NCBI GenBank assembly: GCA_963681965.1
Contig: OY820579.1
Span: 2,496,001-2,560,000 of the forward strand
Direction: 5' to 3'
Source of the DNA: a bacterium
Lineage (GTDB): Bacteria; Electryoneota; JAOADG01
Length of the DNA: 64,000 nt
Both the position numbers and the translations under genes were made by a program. Below are positions 39,029 to 49,200 of this stretch, piece by piece (position 1 is the stretch's first letter; each line of letters starts with the position of its first letter). The notes below the pieces were generated by a model. It saw only the letters and a program-made list of their open reading frames with translations, was not told the origin of the DNA and made no database searches.

Positions 39029-39487
39029 ATGCCGAATCAAGAACCGATTGGCGTAATGGATGGCATCGCCGAGAACAGTATCAAACTGTTCATCGACGGG
39101 TTGCCGGTCTTCGCCCTGAAAAATTTCAATTGGAAGATCTCACATCCGAAAAAACCGCTTTATGGCGCTGGTTTTCCCAAGGCTCATGGCGTGACCCGTG
39201 CGGTCCACAAAACCTATGAGATCGATTTCGAGATTGCGGAAGTGCTTTCGAATAAAGCATTTGTCGCATCACAATTGCTAAAGAACACCGCACTGCAAGC
39301 GCCGTTCAGTGATCTCACTGATATTCGCGATGCCACCATTATTGCCATGTATCCTGGCGCTGCGATTGGTGAGAGTAAACTATTCACCGGTGTCGAAATC
39401 ACGGATTACGAAGGTGGTTTCGAGGATTCCGAAGATGCGAAACCAGTTGGTATCAAGTGCAAGGGCTTTGCCCTCGAGAAAGTGTAA
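39029..39487 (+). CDS. Tail tube protein
   Basis: Follows the sheath; ~150 aa; PLYGAG..HGV. Confidence 0.75.
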   Translation: MPNQEPIGVMDGIAENSIKLFIDGLPVFALKNFNWKISHPKKPLYGAGFPKAHGVTRAVHKTYEIDFEIAEVLSNKAFVASQLLKNTALQAPFSDLTDIRDATIIAMYPGAAIGESKLFTGVEITDYEGGFEDSEDAKPVGIKCKGFALEKV

Positions 39488-39498
39488 CGAGGATTTTA

Positions 39499-39888
39499 AT
39501 GGAAACACTCAGCGATAACACCGTCATTCCACCGTTTCAGGTGCAGGAATTGACTCCAGAGATTCTCGCACAACTGCAAGAGAAGTGGAAACAGTACACG
39601 CTCCATGAAATTGAGTTGCCAACCACCGAGCAGAAATTCGTGGTTCGCAGCAGCAACTGGACAGAATTCTCCAAGATGCAGACGTTCCTGTCGAACAACC
39701 AGCAGACTGCCATTACCCGGGCGCCGGTGATGTATATCTCGCAGTTTGTAGTCTTTCCCGAAATCAATGCGATGGAGCTGGAAACCAATACCAGTGGCTT
39801 CTGGCAACCGGGACTCATTCTTTCGCTATTCCTGAAAATTCAGGAAACACTGGGACACAAAGATGGTGGTTCGATAAAAAAGCTCTGA
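39499..39888 (+). CDS. Tail assembly chaperone (G)
   Basis: Between tube and tape measure; ends in the slippery site A AAA AAG. Confidence 0.75.
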   Translation: METLSDNTVIPPFQVQELTPEILAQLQEKWKQYTLHEIELPTTEQKFVVRSSNWTEFSKMQTFLSNNQQTAITRAPVMYISQFVVFPEINAMELETNTSGFWQPGLILSLFLKIQETLGHKDGGSIKKL

Positions 39889-40091
39889 GGCGTGAGCGCG
39901 AGCGAATCGATCACGAATGGTATCTCCAACTGCGGGCTGTGATCTGCAAATGGTTTCCGGGATACACCTTTGCGGTAGTCGATACACTGCCGTTTGAACA
40001 GGTATATGAACTGTATGCCAGCGCCGAGTGGTTATCCGATCAGGAATCGAAGGCCGTTGAACAAAACAAACCGAAGCGGGGACGAAGGTAA
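39876..40091 (+). CDS. Tail assembly chaperone -1 frameshift extension (GT)
   Basis: AAAAAAG at 39876-39882; the -1 frame is open to TAA 40089-40091 (..ALRRERERIDHEWYLQLRAVICKWFPGYT..). Confidence 0.75.
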   Translation, partial: KKALRRERERIDHEWYLQLRAVICKWFPGYTFAVVDTLPFEQVYELYASAEWLSDQESKAVEQNKPKRGRR

Positions 40092-40097
40092 AAAGAG

Positions 40098-43000
40098 ATG
40101 TCGCAAGGGTTTACACAAGCGATTCACATTGCGTTGGTTGGCACTGCCGATCTAGCTGCATTTGATATGGCTACCCGGCAACTCAACACCCTCGAGTCTA
40201 CCCTTCACAAAGCCTCGACCACTCTTGCTAGTCTTGGTCTGAAGTCAACACTGTTCGGTGCCGGCATGGCGTTCTCGGTCGGCACTGCCATCAAATCGGC
40301 AGCTGATTTCGAATCGGAACTTGCAATGGTGAGCACCCTGCTTACTGCCCAGACCGAACAGTACCTCCCGAAATATAAAAAAGAACTCGTGGATCTCGCT
40401 GCATCGTCTCCCAAGGATTCGCTGGAAGGGTTGACGAAGGCGCTTTACCAGACGATCTCCGCCAACGTCCCGGCGAGCGATGCCATGCGGGTGTTGACTA
40501 TTGCTTCGCAATCAGCTGCTGCCGGTCTCACTGATACCGAGACAGCGGTCGATGGCATTACCAGCGTCTTAAATGCCTACCAGATGAGCGCAAAAGAAGC
40601 AACCCGCGTCTCCGACATCATGTTTATGGCGCAGAATTTAGGTAAAACCACCTTCGGCGAAATGGCGAAAGAGTTGGGTGGTGTATTAGGTACGGCATCG
40701 GCAGCCGGCGTGTCGTTTGAAGAAATCGCAGCAGCGATTACGACGATTACGAAGCGTGGTATCAACACTGCCGAATCGGTTACCGCCATCAACATGGCAC
40801 TACAGGATATCATTGCACCCTCAGAAAAAGCAAAACGTGCCTCAGCAAAATTCGGTATCGAGTTGTCACTATCGAAAATGCATGCGATGGGATTCCAGAA
40901 ATACCTGCAGTACCTCTCCAGTGGGGTCGGCGGCAGCATCGAAAACATCGCGCAACTGTCCGATAATGTGCGTGGGTTAAAGGCGATTCTTGCGCTGACC
41001 GGTAAAAATGCAAATGAAGCGGCAAGTGATTTGACTGCGATGACAGTATCGGCGAATGCGACTCGCGATGCATTCGCGAAAGTATCCGATACGGTGAAGG
41101 CGAAATGGAATCATGTCACCAATGCACTAGCAACCTTGAAAGAGACCCTTGGCGAACCATTGCTTTCTCCAATGGCGGTAGTACTAGATAAAGTGGCATC
41201 TATTGTCAACGCGTTTCGACAGTTCGCTGCAGTGCATCCCACATTAGTTTCGGTTGGCGCTTCGTTTATGGCAACCAGTGCATCGGTGTTCCTATTCGGG
41301 GGATTACTGCTACTCTCTGCCAGTGGTGTGACTGCGCTTGCAGCAAACTTGCTTGCCATTCCTACTAAGCTGAGTGCGCTTGCCACCGCCATGAAACTTT
41401 CACTTCCCGCCGGGACCGGAATGCTTGGTATCCTGAAAGCCATCAGTGGAACGATTCTATCGGTCGCATCTCCTGTACTAATTGCTGCTGGTGTGGTGGC
41501 AGGATTGTTCGTCGCCTGGAAGACTAACTTCCTCGGACTACGCGATGTCGTTACCGCGTTCTGGACTGCGATAAAACCGCTTCTGACTGCGCTGTGGTCA
41601 ACTTTCAAGCTGCTTGTTACCGATGTGGTGTACCAGATCCGAGATATTGCACAGGCTGTTACTGGTTGGTTTACGACTTGGAACAGCTCGTTTACTGGTA
41701 TGCAGTCACCACTGATCGCTTTTGCAATGGTTACCGCCTATACCGTTGGATTTACCATCGGACTATTTCGTGGATTCTTCGATCTGCTGCGCACGTCACC
41801 AGTGATGGGGACACTACTGGCAACCGGACTGGGAATTGGGATTTTCAAACTGTGGGGAATGTCGTCGGCGATTGGTGGGATCATTTCACTACTCAAAACG
41901 CTTCCCTATTACACCCGCGTCTTCGGCGCTGAATTAAAGTACCTCAGTATTAAACTGGCTGAGATTGCTGCTAATCCAAAACTTGCCTTCGAGATCCTGC
42001 GCAATGCCATGACCAGTGGTGCCGGTACGGCGAAGAACTTTGCTGTTTCCGTTTACTCCTCGTTTCTCACTGCTTTGAAAGGGATGTGGCAGTTTACGCT
42101 ATCAGCAGCTCAGGGCATCTGGCAGTGGGCACTTTCGCTGGGATCGTCGATTGCATTCGTGGTCAAGAATCTGGCGATGCTCACCTGGAACTTAGCGGTC
42201 GCAGGAATGAAAGTCGTCTGGTTCGGCATGCAGTGGCTAATCACGAAAGCGGTAATGCTCGCCCATGCGATAGCCACCGGTGTTGCCACCAGCGCTCAGT
42301 GGCTACTCAATGTCGCGATGACTGCCAACCCCATCGGTTTGATAATCGCCGGGGTCGTCGCGCTTGGTGCCGCATTCTACCTACTGTACAAACATTGGGA
42401 CACGGTATGGGGTTGGATCAAACAAGCGGCACTCGTTGCCGTACTCGGAATCGTCGCACCATTCTATTTGCTCTGGAAACACTGGGATACCGTACTCGGT
42501 TGGCTGAAAATCGGATTTACTGCCGTTGGTGACTTTTTTTCCGGTATCTGGGACACAGTTAAGCAAGCTGGTATGAATGCTGCTGACTGGGTAATCGAGA
42601 AAATCAACTGGCTCATCGGCAAGATTAATTCCGTTTCGTCCTATCTCGGATTTGAGATTCCGCTCATCCCGACCTTTACCGGGAAAGCCTCGATCCCGAC
42701 CCAACCGGCAGTCATTCCGGTGGAAGTACGCACGTTTACCAAGGACAGCAATCTCGTCCACAACTCGCCGTACACCATTCTGACGCAGCAGGCACAAATT
42801 CCGGTGGCAGTGACGCTCGACGATTTTTTCCTGCGGCTTCAGGATTCGCTGACAAAGACGCTCACCAATCTGCTAGATCTGATGACGCTGCGGTTAGAAC
42901 AGTTTGTGATGACAACGCAGCAACTCTCTAGACTACAGCCATCGCTTTCATTTGCTGGTGGTTCGTTTGATGTCGGTACTCCTCCATCCAGTTCCAGTAT

Positions 43001-43193
43001 CGTATCGAGCCGGATTTTCAATACGCAGCGAAGTCATCGTTCGACCAGCATCGACCGTAGCATTCGCATCGATGCGATCAACATTTCCGGCGTGTCTGGT
43101 GAACAAGGTGAATCGATTCGCGATCAGATTATTGCTGCACTATCCGATGCGCTTTCCGCGACTGACGGGGTCGAGGAGGCATCCATTGGCTGA
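40098..43193 (+). CDS. Tape measure protein (TP901-like core)
   Basis: AADFESEL, ALYQTISA, LGKTTFGEM, ANPIGLII, W-repeats. Confidence 0.93.
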   Translation: MSQGFTQAIHIALVGTADLAAFDMATRQLNTLESTLHKASTTLASLGLKSTLFGAGMAFSVGTAIKSAADFESELAMVSTLLTAQTEQYLPKYKKELVDLAASSPKDSLEGLTKALYQTISANVPASDAMRVLTIASQSAAAGLTDTETAVDGITSVLNAYQMSAKEATRVSDIMFMAQNLGKTTFGEMAKELGGVLGTASAAGVSFEEIAAAITTITKRGINTAESVTAINMALQDIIAPSEKAKRASAKFGIELSLSKMHAMGFQKYLQYLSSGVGGSIENIAQLSDNVRGLKAILALTGKNANEAASDLTAMTVSANATRDAFAKVSDTVKAKWNHVTNALATLKETLGEPLLSPMAVVLDKVASIVNAFRQFAAVHPTLVSVGASFMATSASVFLFGGLLLLSASGVTALAANLLAIPTKLSALATAMKLSLPAGTGMLGILKAISGTILSVASPVLIAAGVVAGLFVAWKTNFLGLRDVVTAFWTAIKPLLTALWSTFKLLVTDVVYQIRDIAQAVTGWFTTWNSSFTGMQSPLIAFAMVTAYTVGFTIGLFRGFFDLLRTSPVMGTLLATGLGIGIFKLWGMSSAIGGIISLLKTLPYYTRVFGAELKYLSIKLAEIAANPKLAFEILRNAMTSGAGTAKNFAVSVYSSFLTALKGMWQFTLSAAQGIWQWALSLGSSIAFVVKNLAMLTWNLAVAGMKVVWFGMQWLITKAVMLAHAIATGVATSAQWLLNVAMTANPIGLIIAGVVALGAAFYLLYKHWDTVWGWIKQAALVAVLGIVAPFYLLWKHWDTVLGWLKIGFTAVGDFFSGIWDTVKQAGMNAADWVIEKINWLIGKINSVSSYLGFEIPLIPTFTGKASIPTQPAVIPVEVRTFTKDSNLVHNSPYTILTQQAQIPVAVTLDDFFLRLQDSLTKTLTNLLDLMTLRLEQFVMTTQQLSRLQPSLSFAGGSFDVGTPPSSSSIVSSRIFNTQRSHRSTSIDRSIRIDAINISGVSGEQGESIRDQIIAALSDALSATDGVEEASIG

Positions 43194-43959
43194 TCTCGTG
43201 TTCGGTATCATCAACCTGCTCCGCCAGAAGGAAGATGATTCAGCAAGGCTCAAGTCGTTGCAGGATAAAGTGAAGGCTAAGCGTACTAGTCAGTGGGATT
43301 CCCGCGAGTATTCTACTGCCGGAGAACTGATGTTGAAGCGAGGTGATACCGAGCTTCACTTATATCCGAAAAAAGTAGGGATCAAGCAGAGCATCAAGAT
43401 CGATGAGATCGAGATTCCGAAATCGTCTGGTAAGATTAAACAAGTACTTGGATACGAAGACACGGAAATCACGGTCACCATCGAGCTGATCAATCTCGAA
43501 GAAAATGGCAAAGTAGTAAAACCCCTGCGTGAGCGGGTCGAGTCGCTTCAAAAGTTATACCGCGAAGGAAAACAAAAGTTGCCGGTGCCATTGACGCTGG
43601 TTTCACCACTTCCCGAAATCGCCGGAATTGATCAGGTGTTCTGGAAAGAATTGCAGCTCGAGGATGATCCGGAGGGATACAACCTCGTCACTGCGCAGTG
43701 TGTTTTTGTCCAGTTCAATTCGATCAAGACTCAACTGGAAAATCAAGCAGCGTTACAAAGCGCACAACAATCGGCACAAAGTGATGCGACTGCGAATATG
43801 CCAAGTGAAATGCAACGACCTGATACGTCACAGGATGATGCACTGGCTCAACGGTTAGGTGCGACAGCGAAGAGTGGCGAGCGTGCCGGTTATACCCTGG
43901 GTTCGCTTGGCGACAGTATGCCCGAACATCCGGCTGCCGACGCATCGGTTACACACTAA
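43186..43959 (+). CDS. Tail tube initiator / baseplate-proximal protein
   Basis: TTG start with GAGGAGG RBS; after TMP; SGKIKQVLGYEDTEITV. Confidence 0.65.
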   Translation: MADLVFGIINLLRQKEDDSARLKSLQDKVKAKRTSQWDSREYSTAGELMLKRGDTELHLYPKKVGIKQSIKIDEIEIPKSSGKIKQVLGYEDTEITVTIELINLEENGKVVKPLRERVESLQKLYREGKQKLPVPLTLVSPLPEIAGIDQVFWKELQLEDDPEGYNLVTAQCVFVQFNSIKTQLENQAALQSAQQSAQSDATANMPSEMQRPDTSQDDALAQRLGATAKSGERAGYTLGSLGDSMPEHPAADASVTH

Positions 43960-43971
43960 GGATTCATTTTT

Positions 43972-44757
43972 ATGGTTTTAGAACCTTATCAACTTGCCAA
44001 TCGAACACCGGTCACATCGGTCAAGTACAAAGACCTCGAGATCGGGGATGCGGTTAGTGTATTCGAAGTGACTTCGTTTCGTCGCGGCACTGGTGATACC
44101 GCCTGGCTGAAAATCCCGATTGCCACCGGATTCGATGGGGAATTTTTCGAACGGGGTGCACCAGTAATAATCCAATGGGGACTCGATAGCACTGACAATC
44201 TGGTGCAAATCTTCGATGGTGTGGTCCGCGAAGTGAAGGAGTTGGATCAAGCAATTCGGGTCGAGTTGGTCGACTATATGACATTGCTTCACGCCAAGCA
44301 GATCACGACCACCATCGAAGATGAAAATTCCGAAGCGATTATTCAGCAACTGGTAAAGCACACAGGACTCGCTGTTAAGCTTGAGACATCCGGATTGGAG
44401 TTGAAGAAGTTTCCACTGTTCAACCGGACACTCTTTGAAGCAATGACCCATCTGGCTGAGCGGGTGAAATTCGAACTGGGTAAAACGATGCTGTTCTGGA
44501 TACGAAACAGAACGCTGCTTTGGCAATCTCCCAAACCACCTGCCGAACCGGTCGTTTCCTTCGTTACCGGTTTGAACATCAACAACCGTGGGTCAAGCAA
44601 GTTGCAAGGATACTCTTGGCTCACTACCGGCATTGCTCCAGTGCACCACGGTGACACCATTGAAGTGGATGGTGAAGCGGTTGTGGCGGAACGTGTGTAC
44701 TACAAGTGGTCTCGTGGCGGCCGCAGTAAGATTTACTGGAAGCATGTCAGTGACTGA
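43972..44757 (+). CDS. Baseplate hub (late control D-like)
   Basis: VIIQWG..IFDGVVREV; position. Confidence 0.65.
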   Translation: MVLEPYQLANRTPVTSVKYKDLEIGDAVSVFEVTSFRRGTGDTAWLKIPIATGFDGEFFERGAPVIIQWGLDSTDNLVQIFDGVVREVKELDQAIRVELVDYMTLLHAKQITTTIEDENSEAIIQQLVKHTGLAVKLETSGLELKKFPLFNRTLFEAMTHLAERVKFELGKTMLFWIRNRTLLWQSPKPPAEPVVSFVTGLNINNRGSSKLQGYSWLTTGIAPVHHGDTIEVDGEAVVAERVYYKWSRGGRSKIYWKHVSD

Positions 44758-45412
44758 AACGTGCGAACATGATCTGCTGCAGCTCCTGCGCAAGGCGATG
44801 GAGACGATGCGTCCCGATCTATCTGGGTATATGCGCTTTCCGATGCGAGGAAAAGTGGTAGCAGTCGATGCGGATAAGTTCACAGTCGATGTACAGCCTG
44901 ATGACGAGTCAACACCACTGCTTCCTAAATGTCAGATTCTGACGCTTTGGGCAACCAACAGTCAGCGGATTGTGATTCTTCCGAAGATCGATGACGCAGT
45001 CGTGGTCGGCTTTCTCTGGGGAGATCCAACCCAACCATTTGTGATGGGATTTGTAACGGACACAGGGACATGTGGTAAACATCTCATCATCGAGCAGGGT
45101 AGCAGCCGGATTGAAATCGCGGAAGGTGGAGCAATCCTGATCGCAACTGATGCAACGCTGAATGTTACTGCCGGTGCGAAAATCATGATTAGTGGTGATG
45201 CCGATATCGATGTGATTGCTGCCGGAAAAGTGAAACTGTCGGCTCCGCAGGTTGAATTTGGCAGTAGCGCACAGGAAAAAGTGGTACTGGGTGATTCGTT
45301 CTTGAGCTATTTCAATACGCACATCCATACCGGAAATCTTGGTGCACCGACCTCGCCACCGATTCAACCGATGATGACAACGATGTTATCGGAAGTATCA
45401 AAAACGGAATAA
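44744..45412 (+). CDS. Baseplate spike (gpV-like)
   Basis: OB-fold GKVVAVD..PKIDDAVVVGFLWGDPTQP; C-terminal HIH metal motif. Confidence 0.85.
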   Translation: MSVTETCEHDLLQLLRKAMETMRPDLSGYMRFPMRGKVVAVDADKFTVDVQPDDESTPLLPKCQILTLWATNSQRIVILPKIDDAVVVGFLWGDPTQPFVMGFVTDTGTCGKHLIIEQGSSRIEIAEGGAILIATDATLNVTAGAKIMISGDADIDVIAAGKVKLSAPQVEFGSSAQEKVVLGDSFLSYFNTHIHTGNLGAPTSPPIQPMMTTMLSEVSKTE

Positions 45413-45414
45413 TC

Positions 45415-45777
45415 ATGGCGCTTTCGGCAACACTACTCAAGGAATTGATCGGACAGCAGTATGACTCGCTGGATGCGGACGGATCGTCGTTAGCTGGTTT
45501 GATCGAACAGCATATCCGGCAGGAATTGGGTAGTGTTCCCGCATTTGCCGGTGGTAGTTATCTCGATCCTATTCCCAAGATGTCGCGTGCGATAGCTCAT
45601 GCGGTACATCAGAATACCAAGACCAGCTTCGCTGAAGCGGTGGCGACAGCCGTGGTGCAGCATTTCGTAAGTGCTGGAGTGGTTACGGTAGCAGCAGGAA
45701 TTGCGGTATCTACTGCTGGTAGTCCGGCAGCACAGACTGGTGCGACGACTGCGCCGGGTATAGGTACGATTGCATGA
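45415..45777 (+). CDS. Baseplate/spike-associated hypothetical protein
   Basis: C-terminal GIAVSTAGSPAAQTGATTAPG; follows the spike gene. Confidence 0.6.
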   Translation: MALSATLLKELIGQQYDSLDADGSSLAGLIEQHIRQELGSVPAFAGGSYLDPIPKMSRAIAHAVHQNTKTSFAEAVATAVVQHFVSAGVVTVAAGIAVSTAGSPAAQTGATTAPGIGTIA

Positions 45778-45778
45778 T

Positions 45779-46789
45779 TTAGAACAGGGTGTAGTAAACG
45801 CCACGCCCTTTTCCGTGTTGTTGCAGCAATCCGTTCTTAACCATGCTTTTCAAATGACTCTTTACAGTATTGCGATTGGCTTGAAGTTGGTCGGTGATAT
45901 CGGTGATTGATGCCCGACCTCGCTCTTTTACAAGTTGACGAATTGATTCCGGCAGAGACATAACCTGTGTTTGTCGTTGCTGATCAAGCCGAGTTGAGAG
46001 ATGATCTTTCTGGCGCTTGAGTGATAGTAGAAAGAACTCATTCCAGGCTGGATCATCAAATTTTGTCTGTGTTTTACGCAGTGCGAGATAGTAATCCTGT
46101 TTGTGAAGTTCGATTTGCTGTTCAAGCGATGCGTACTGAATAAAATCATAACCAGATCGAAGTAGTAACAGGTTCGTAAGAATGCGCGATAATCTCCCAT
46201 TGCCATCCTGGAAGGGATGAATCGCAAGAAAGTGAACTACAAAATCAGCGACGATCAACAGTGGATGTTCTTCCATTGATGCGAATCGTGAAGCAATCTG
46301 TTCAATTAGCGCTCTGGTTTGATGAGGTGTTTCCAGTGGTGTGGTCGTCTCGAAAACGATTCCGATTTCTACTCCGGTTTCGTCAAATGCGGCAACGTGA
46401 TTCGCATGATGTTTGTAACTGCCAAGGTGCCATTGGTCTTTGCTCGAATGTTGGAGTAAAAGCTTATGCAGGTACATGACGTTGTTTTCAGTCAAAGGGA
46501 TATCACTATGCGATTCGGAAATCAATTTCATTGCGACAGCGTATCCAGCGACTTCCTCTTCGTCACGGTTGCGAAACGATTTTACATCGAGTCCGCGCAG
46601 AAGAGTCTCAATTTCTAAATCAGATAGCTTTGCCCCTTCGATGCGGGTTGAAGATCCGATGGATTCAATGGTGGCAAAACGACGAAGAGTAGTCAGTGTC
46701 TCAATGGACAAACCAGAGAGACCACGCCAATACCCTTTGAATTCATCAATCTCGGCTATTAGCCGAAGAATGGACGGAGTGAGTGTCAT
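45779..46789 (-). CDS. fic: Fic family protein with C-terminal HTH
   Basis: HPFQDGNGRLSR Fic motif; N-terminal inhibitory SSTRIEG. Confidence 0.92.
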   Translation of the reverse strand: MTLTPSILRLIAEIDEFKGYWRGLSGLSIETLTTLRRFATIESIGSSTRIEGAKLSDLEIETLLRGLDVKSFRNRDEEEVAGYAVAMKLISESHSDIPLTENNVMYLHKLLLQHSSKDQWHLGSYKHHANHVAAFDETGVEIGIVFETTTPLETPHQTRALIEQIASRFASMEEHPLLIVADFVVHFLAIHPFQDGNGRLSRILTNLLLLRSGYDFIQYASLEQQIELHKQDYYLALRKTQTKFDDPAWNEFFLLSLKRQKDHLSTRLDQQRQTQVMSLPESIRQLVKERGRASITDITDQLQANRNTVKSHLKSMVKNGLLQQHGKGRGVYYTLF

Positions 46790-46901
46790 TTACAGGTATT
46801 CCTATATCCAGTACCACCCAATTATACCCAATTAGCAACGTCAATACAAGAATATGGATGTAAATAGGTGATATCGATACTAGAAATGAAGGGTTAAAAG
46901 T

Positions 46902-47342
46902 TTGGAACAACATCTCGGCACTGACTTGAAATTTGATGACTTAGGAGATTTAGCCGTCTCCACGACCGGTGATATTGCATTGGTCTCAGGTCGGGACTGT
47001 CTGTTGGGCGATCTGGCAGATGCCCTACGGACACAACCGGGTGATTTGTTCCCTCATCCCGAATTTGGCTGTGGTTTGCTTGGCATGCTAGGCGTGAATG
47101 ATACACCGCTCAACCGGACGCTGGCACAGCGATTTATCACAAAGACTCTGGAGAATGATCAACGGGTGAAACAATCAACGATACAGGTGGAGCTGCTTTC
47201 GTTCAGTAGCGAGGAAAAGACCTTCCGGGCACGGTTTGAAGCAGTCGGTGATACCGAGACTCACACACTTGTCTGGGGCTATGGCATTAAAAGCATCGAA
47301 GATCTAAAACGGAATTCTACGAATTATGAAATCGTACAGTGA
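46902..47342 (+). CDS. Baseplate wedge gp25/GPW-like protein
   Basis: GDLAV..GDIALVSG..HPEFGCGL..DQRV. Confidence 0.8.
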   Translation: MEQHLGTDLKFDDLGDLAVSTTGDIALVSGRDCLLGDLADALRTQPGDLFPHPEFGCGLLGMLGVNDTPLNRTLAQRFITKTLENDQRVKQSTIQVELLSFSSEEKTFRARFEAVGDTETHTLVWGYGIKSIEDLKRNSTNYEIVQ

Positions 47343-48528
47343 CATTCGCGATGAGTTGATTACGAAGGTGGCGGCGAAAACTCCGTTCACTAATTTCTCG
47401 ACCTCGAGTGGGATACGGAACCTGCTCGAAATTATCGCGTATGTCATCGCGTCACTCTACAATTTTGTTTTCAAGGTGTCGCAGCAAGGTTTTTTGATGA
47501 CTGCTACTGGTGAGTGGCTCGACCTGCGTGCTCGCGAATGTGGTGTGGAGAGGTTGCCCGGCAGCAAGGCACAAATTTGGATCACATTCTACCGTGCACA
47601 ATCGCCGAACACTCTTACCATACCAGCCGGAACAATCGTTAAAAGTCGTGCGGATTCCAGTGGAAATGAATACCGTTTTTCCACGATCCAGGCAGCATCA
47701 ATTCCAGCCAATGAAGCATTTATTCGAGTACTGGTTGAAGCTGAAGTGATTGGCACCTGCTGCAATCTTGGCGCGGGAACCGTTACCCGAATCGTTACCT
47801 CGATTTCCGGTGTTACCAGTGCCATCAATGAGAATTTTGAAGCTAACGGTAAGCAAGTATCGGCACTCTTTCGCGAAGGTTCGGATCGCGAAACTGATAC
47901 GGCACTTCGCAAGCGAGCACAACTGGCTTGGCAGACTCTTGGTGTCGGTGGTAATCGTGCCGCTTATGAGCAATGGGCACTGTCAGTTCCGGGGGTTCGA
48001 GCTGCCCAGATCCTCGATGATTTTCCGTTTGGACCCGGCACCGTCGGAGTCGTGGTTCTTGGTGCCAGCGGCATGCCAACACCGCAGCTACTGTCCGATG
48101 TCTTGATTTACTTGCGAAAGCGTAAACCGCTCACTTCCGATGTTCGAGTGGTTGGTCCCAGTAAACGCACGGTAAATGTTTCAATGAAAGTGTGGCGATT
48201 AGCGAGTGCCGACCGTGACCGTATTGATACGGCAGTCAGTCAAGTGGTGGCATTGCATACCAGCAAATTGCTGCTTGGTGAAGGATTGCTGGTTGCCCGG
48301 TTATTGCAGGCAATTCTTAGCATCGATGGTGTCTACAACGTTCACATCGAACAGCCACAATCCGATTTGCTGTGTGGTCCCACGGAGTTTCTGGAACTGG
48401 GTTCGCTAACGATTGAACATTATCTGAAGGGGCGCAGTTACCAGGACACTGGCATCATTACCGAACCTGTAGAATCGACAAATGGCGATGAGGTACTGGC
48501 GCTTCGCAGGGAGAATTTTTACGCATGA
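47326..48528 (+). CDS. Baseplate J-like protein
   Basis: ATGEWLDLRA..GSDRETDTALRKR..YEQWALSVPGV..GPGTV. Confidence 0.92.
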   Translation: MKSYSDIRDELITKVAAKTPFTNFSTSSGIRNLLEIIAYVIASLYNFVFKVSQQGFLMTATGEWLDLRARECGVERLPGSKAQIWITFYRAQSPNTLTIPAGTIVKSRADSSGNEYRFSTIQAASIPANEAFIRVLVEAEVIGTCCNLGAGTVTRIVTSISGVTSAINENFEANGKQVSALFREGSDRETDTALRKRAQLAWQTLGVGGNRAAYEQWALSVPGVRAAQILDDFPFGPGTVGVVVLGASGMPTPQLLSDVLIYLRKRKPLTSDVRVVGPSKRTVNVSMKVWRLASADRDRIDTAVSQVVALHTSKLLLGEGLLVARLLQAILSIDGVYNVHIEQPQSDLLCGPTEFLELGSLTIEHYLKGRSYQDTGIITEPVESTNGDEVLALRRENFYA

Positions 48529-49196
48529 GCGCCATTGGAGAGTTTCTCTGGATGCTTCTGCCCGGTATCCGCAAACAAAAGGACACAGAGCATTCCGTGT
48601 TGTATGGATTGCTTACTGCAATCGGTGAATTGCTCGACGATGTGAAATCGGATATCCGGCGCATGCGATTGTCGTGGTATGCACAGACGATTGAATCCAG
48701 TAACAGTTACTACCAGCAACCCGAACGTAGTAATGATCTCGATGAGATTGCATTAGGAAAATCAACTCGCAGATATCCAGATGAATCGAATGAATTACTG
48801 GCAGATCGGCTCACCGACTGGACGAATTTATGTAAATGGAATGGCACCAAGCCGGGACTCAAATTGTTGATCGAATCGCAAGGATTCGTCTGCCGGGAAA
48901 TCGTTGAAAGTTATGCCGATAGTCAAGGTTTAATACTACTGTCTCGTGTCGATCAACCGCTCGAAGCGGAGATCAATCTGACGCATCTGTTTTCATCTGG
49001 TGATGCGCAGAAGGAAGAATACCAAGAATATCGGCAGAACCGAGTCTACCGTGCCAGTGAGCTTGTGTGGAATTTCTGTTTTGCGGTGAGTGTCGGAAGT
49101 AATGGATTACCGGAACACCGACGTGAACAATTGCAACAAGCGATTTATGAATTCAAACCGGCGCATACCCGCGCCCAAATCATGTTTGTGGACTGA
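48525..49196 (+). CDS. Baseplate wedge / tail protein I-like
   Basis: GTKPGLK..FKPAHT. Confidence 0.75.
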   Translation: MSAIGEFLWMLLPGIRKQKDTEHSVLYGLLTAIGELLDDVKSDIRRMRLSWYAQTIESSNSYYQQPERSNDLDEIALGKSTRRYPDESNELLADRLTDWTNLCKWNGTKPGLKLLIESQGFVCREIVESYADSQGLILLSRVDQPLEAEINLTHLFSSGDAQKEEYQEYRQNRVYRASELVWNFCFAVSVGSNGLPEHRREQLQQAIYEFKPAHTRAQIMFVD

Positions 49197-49200
49197 ATAA

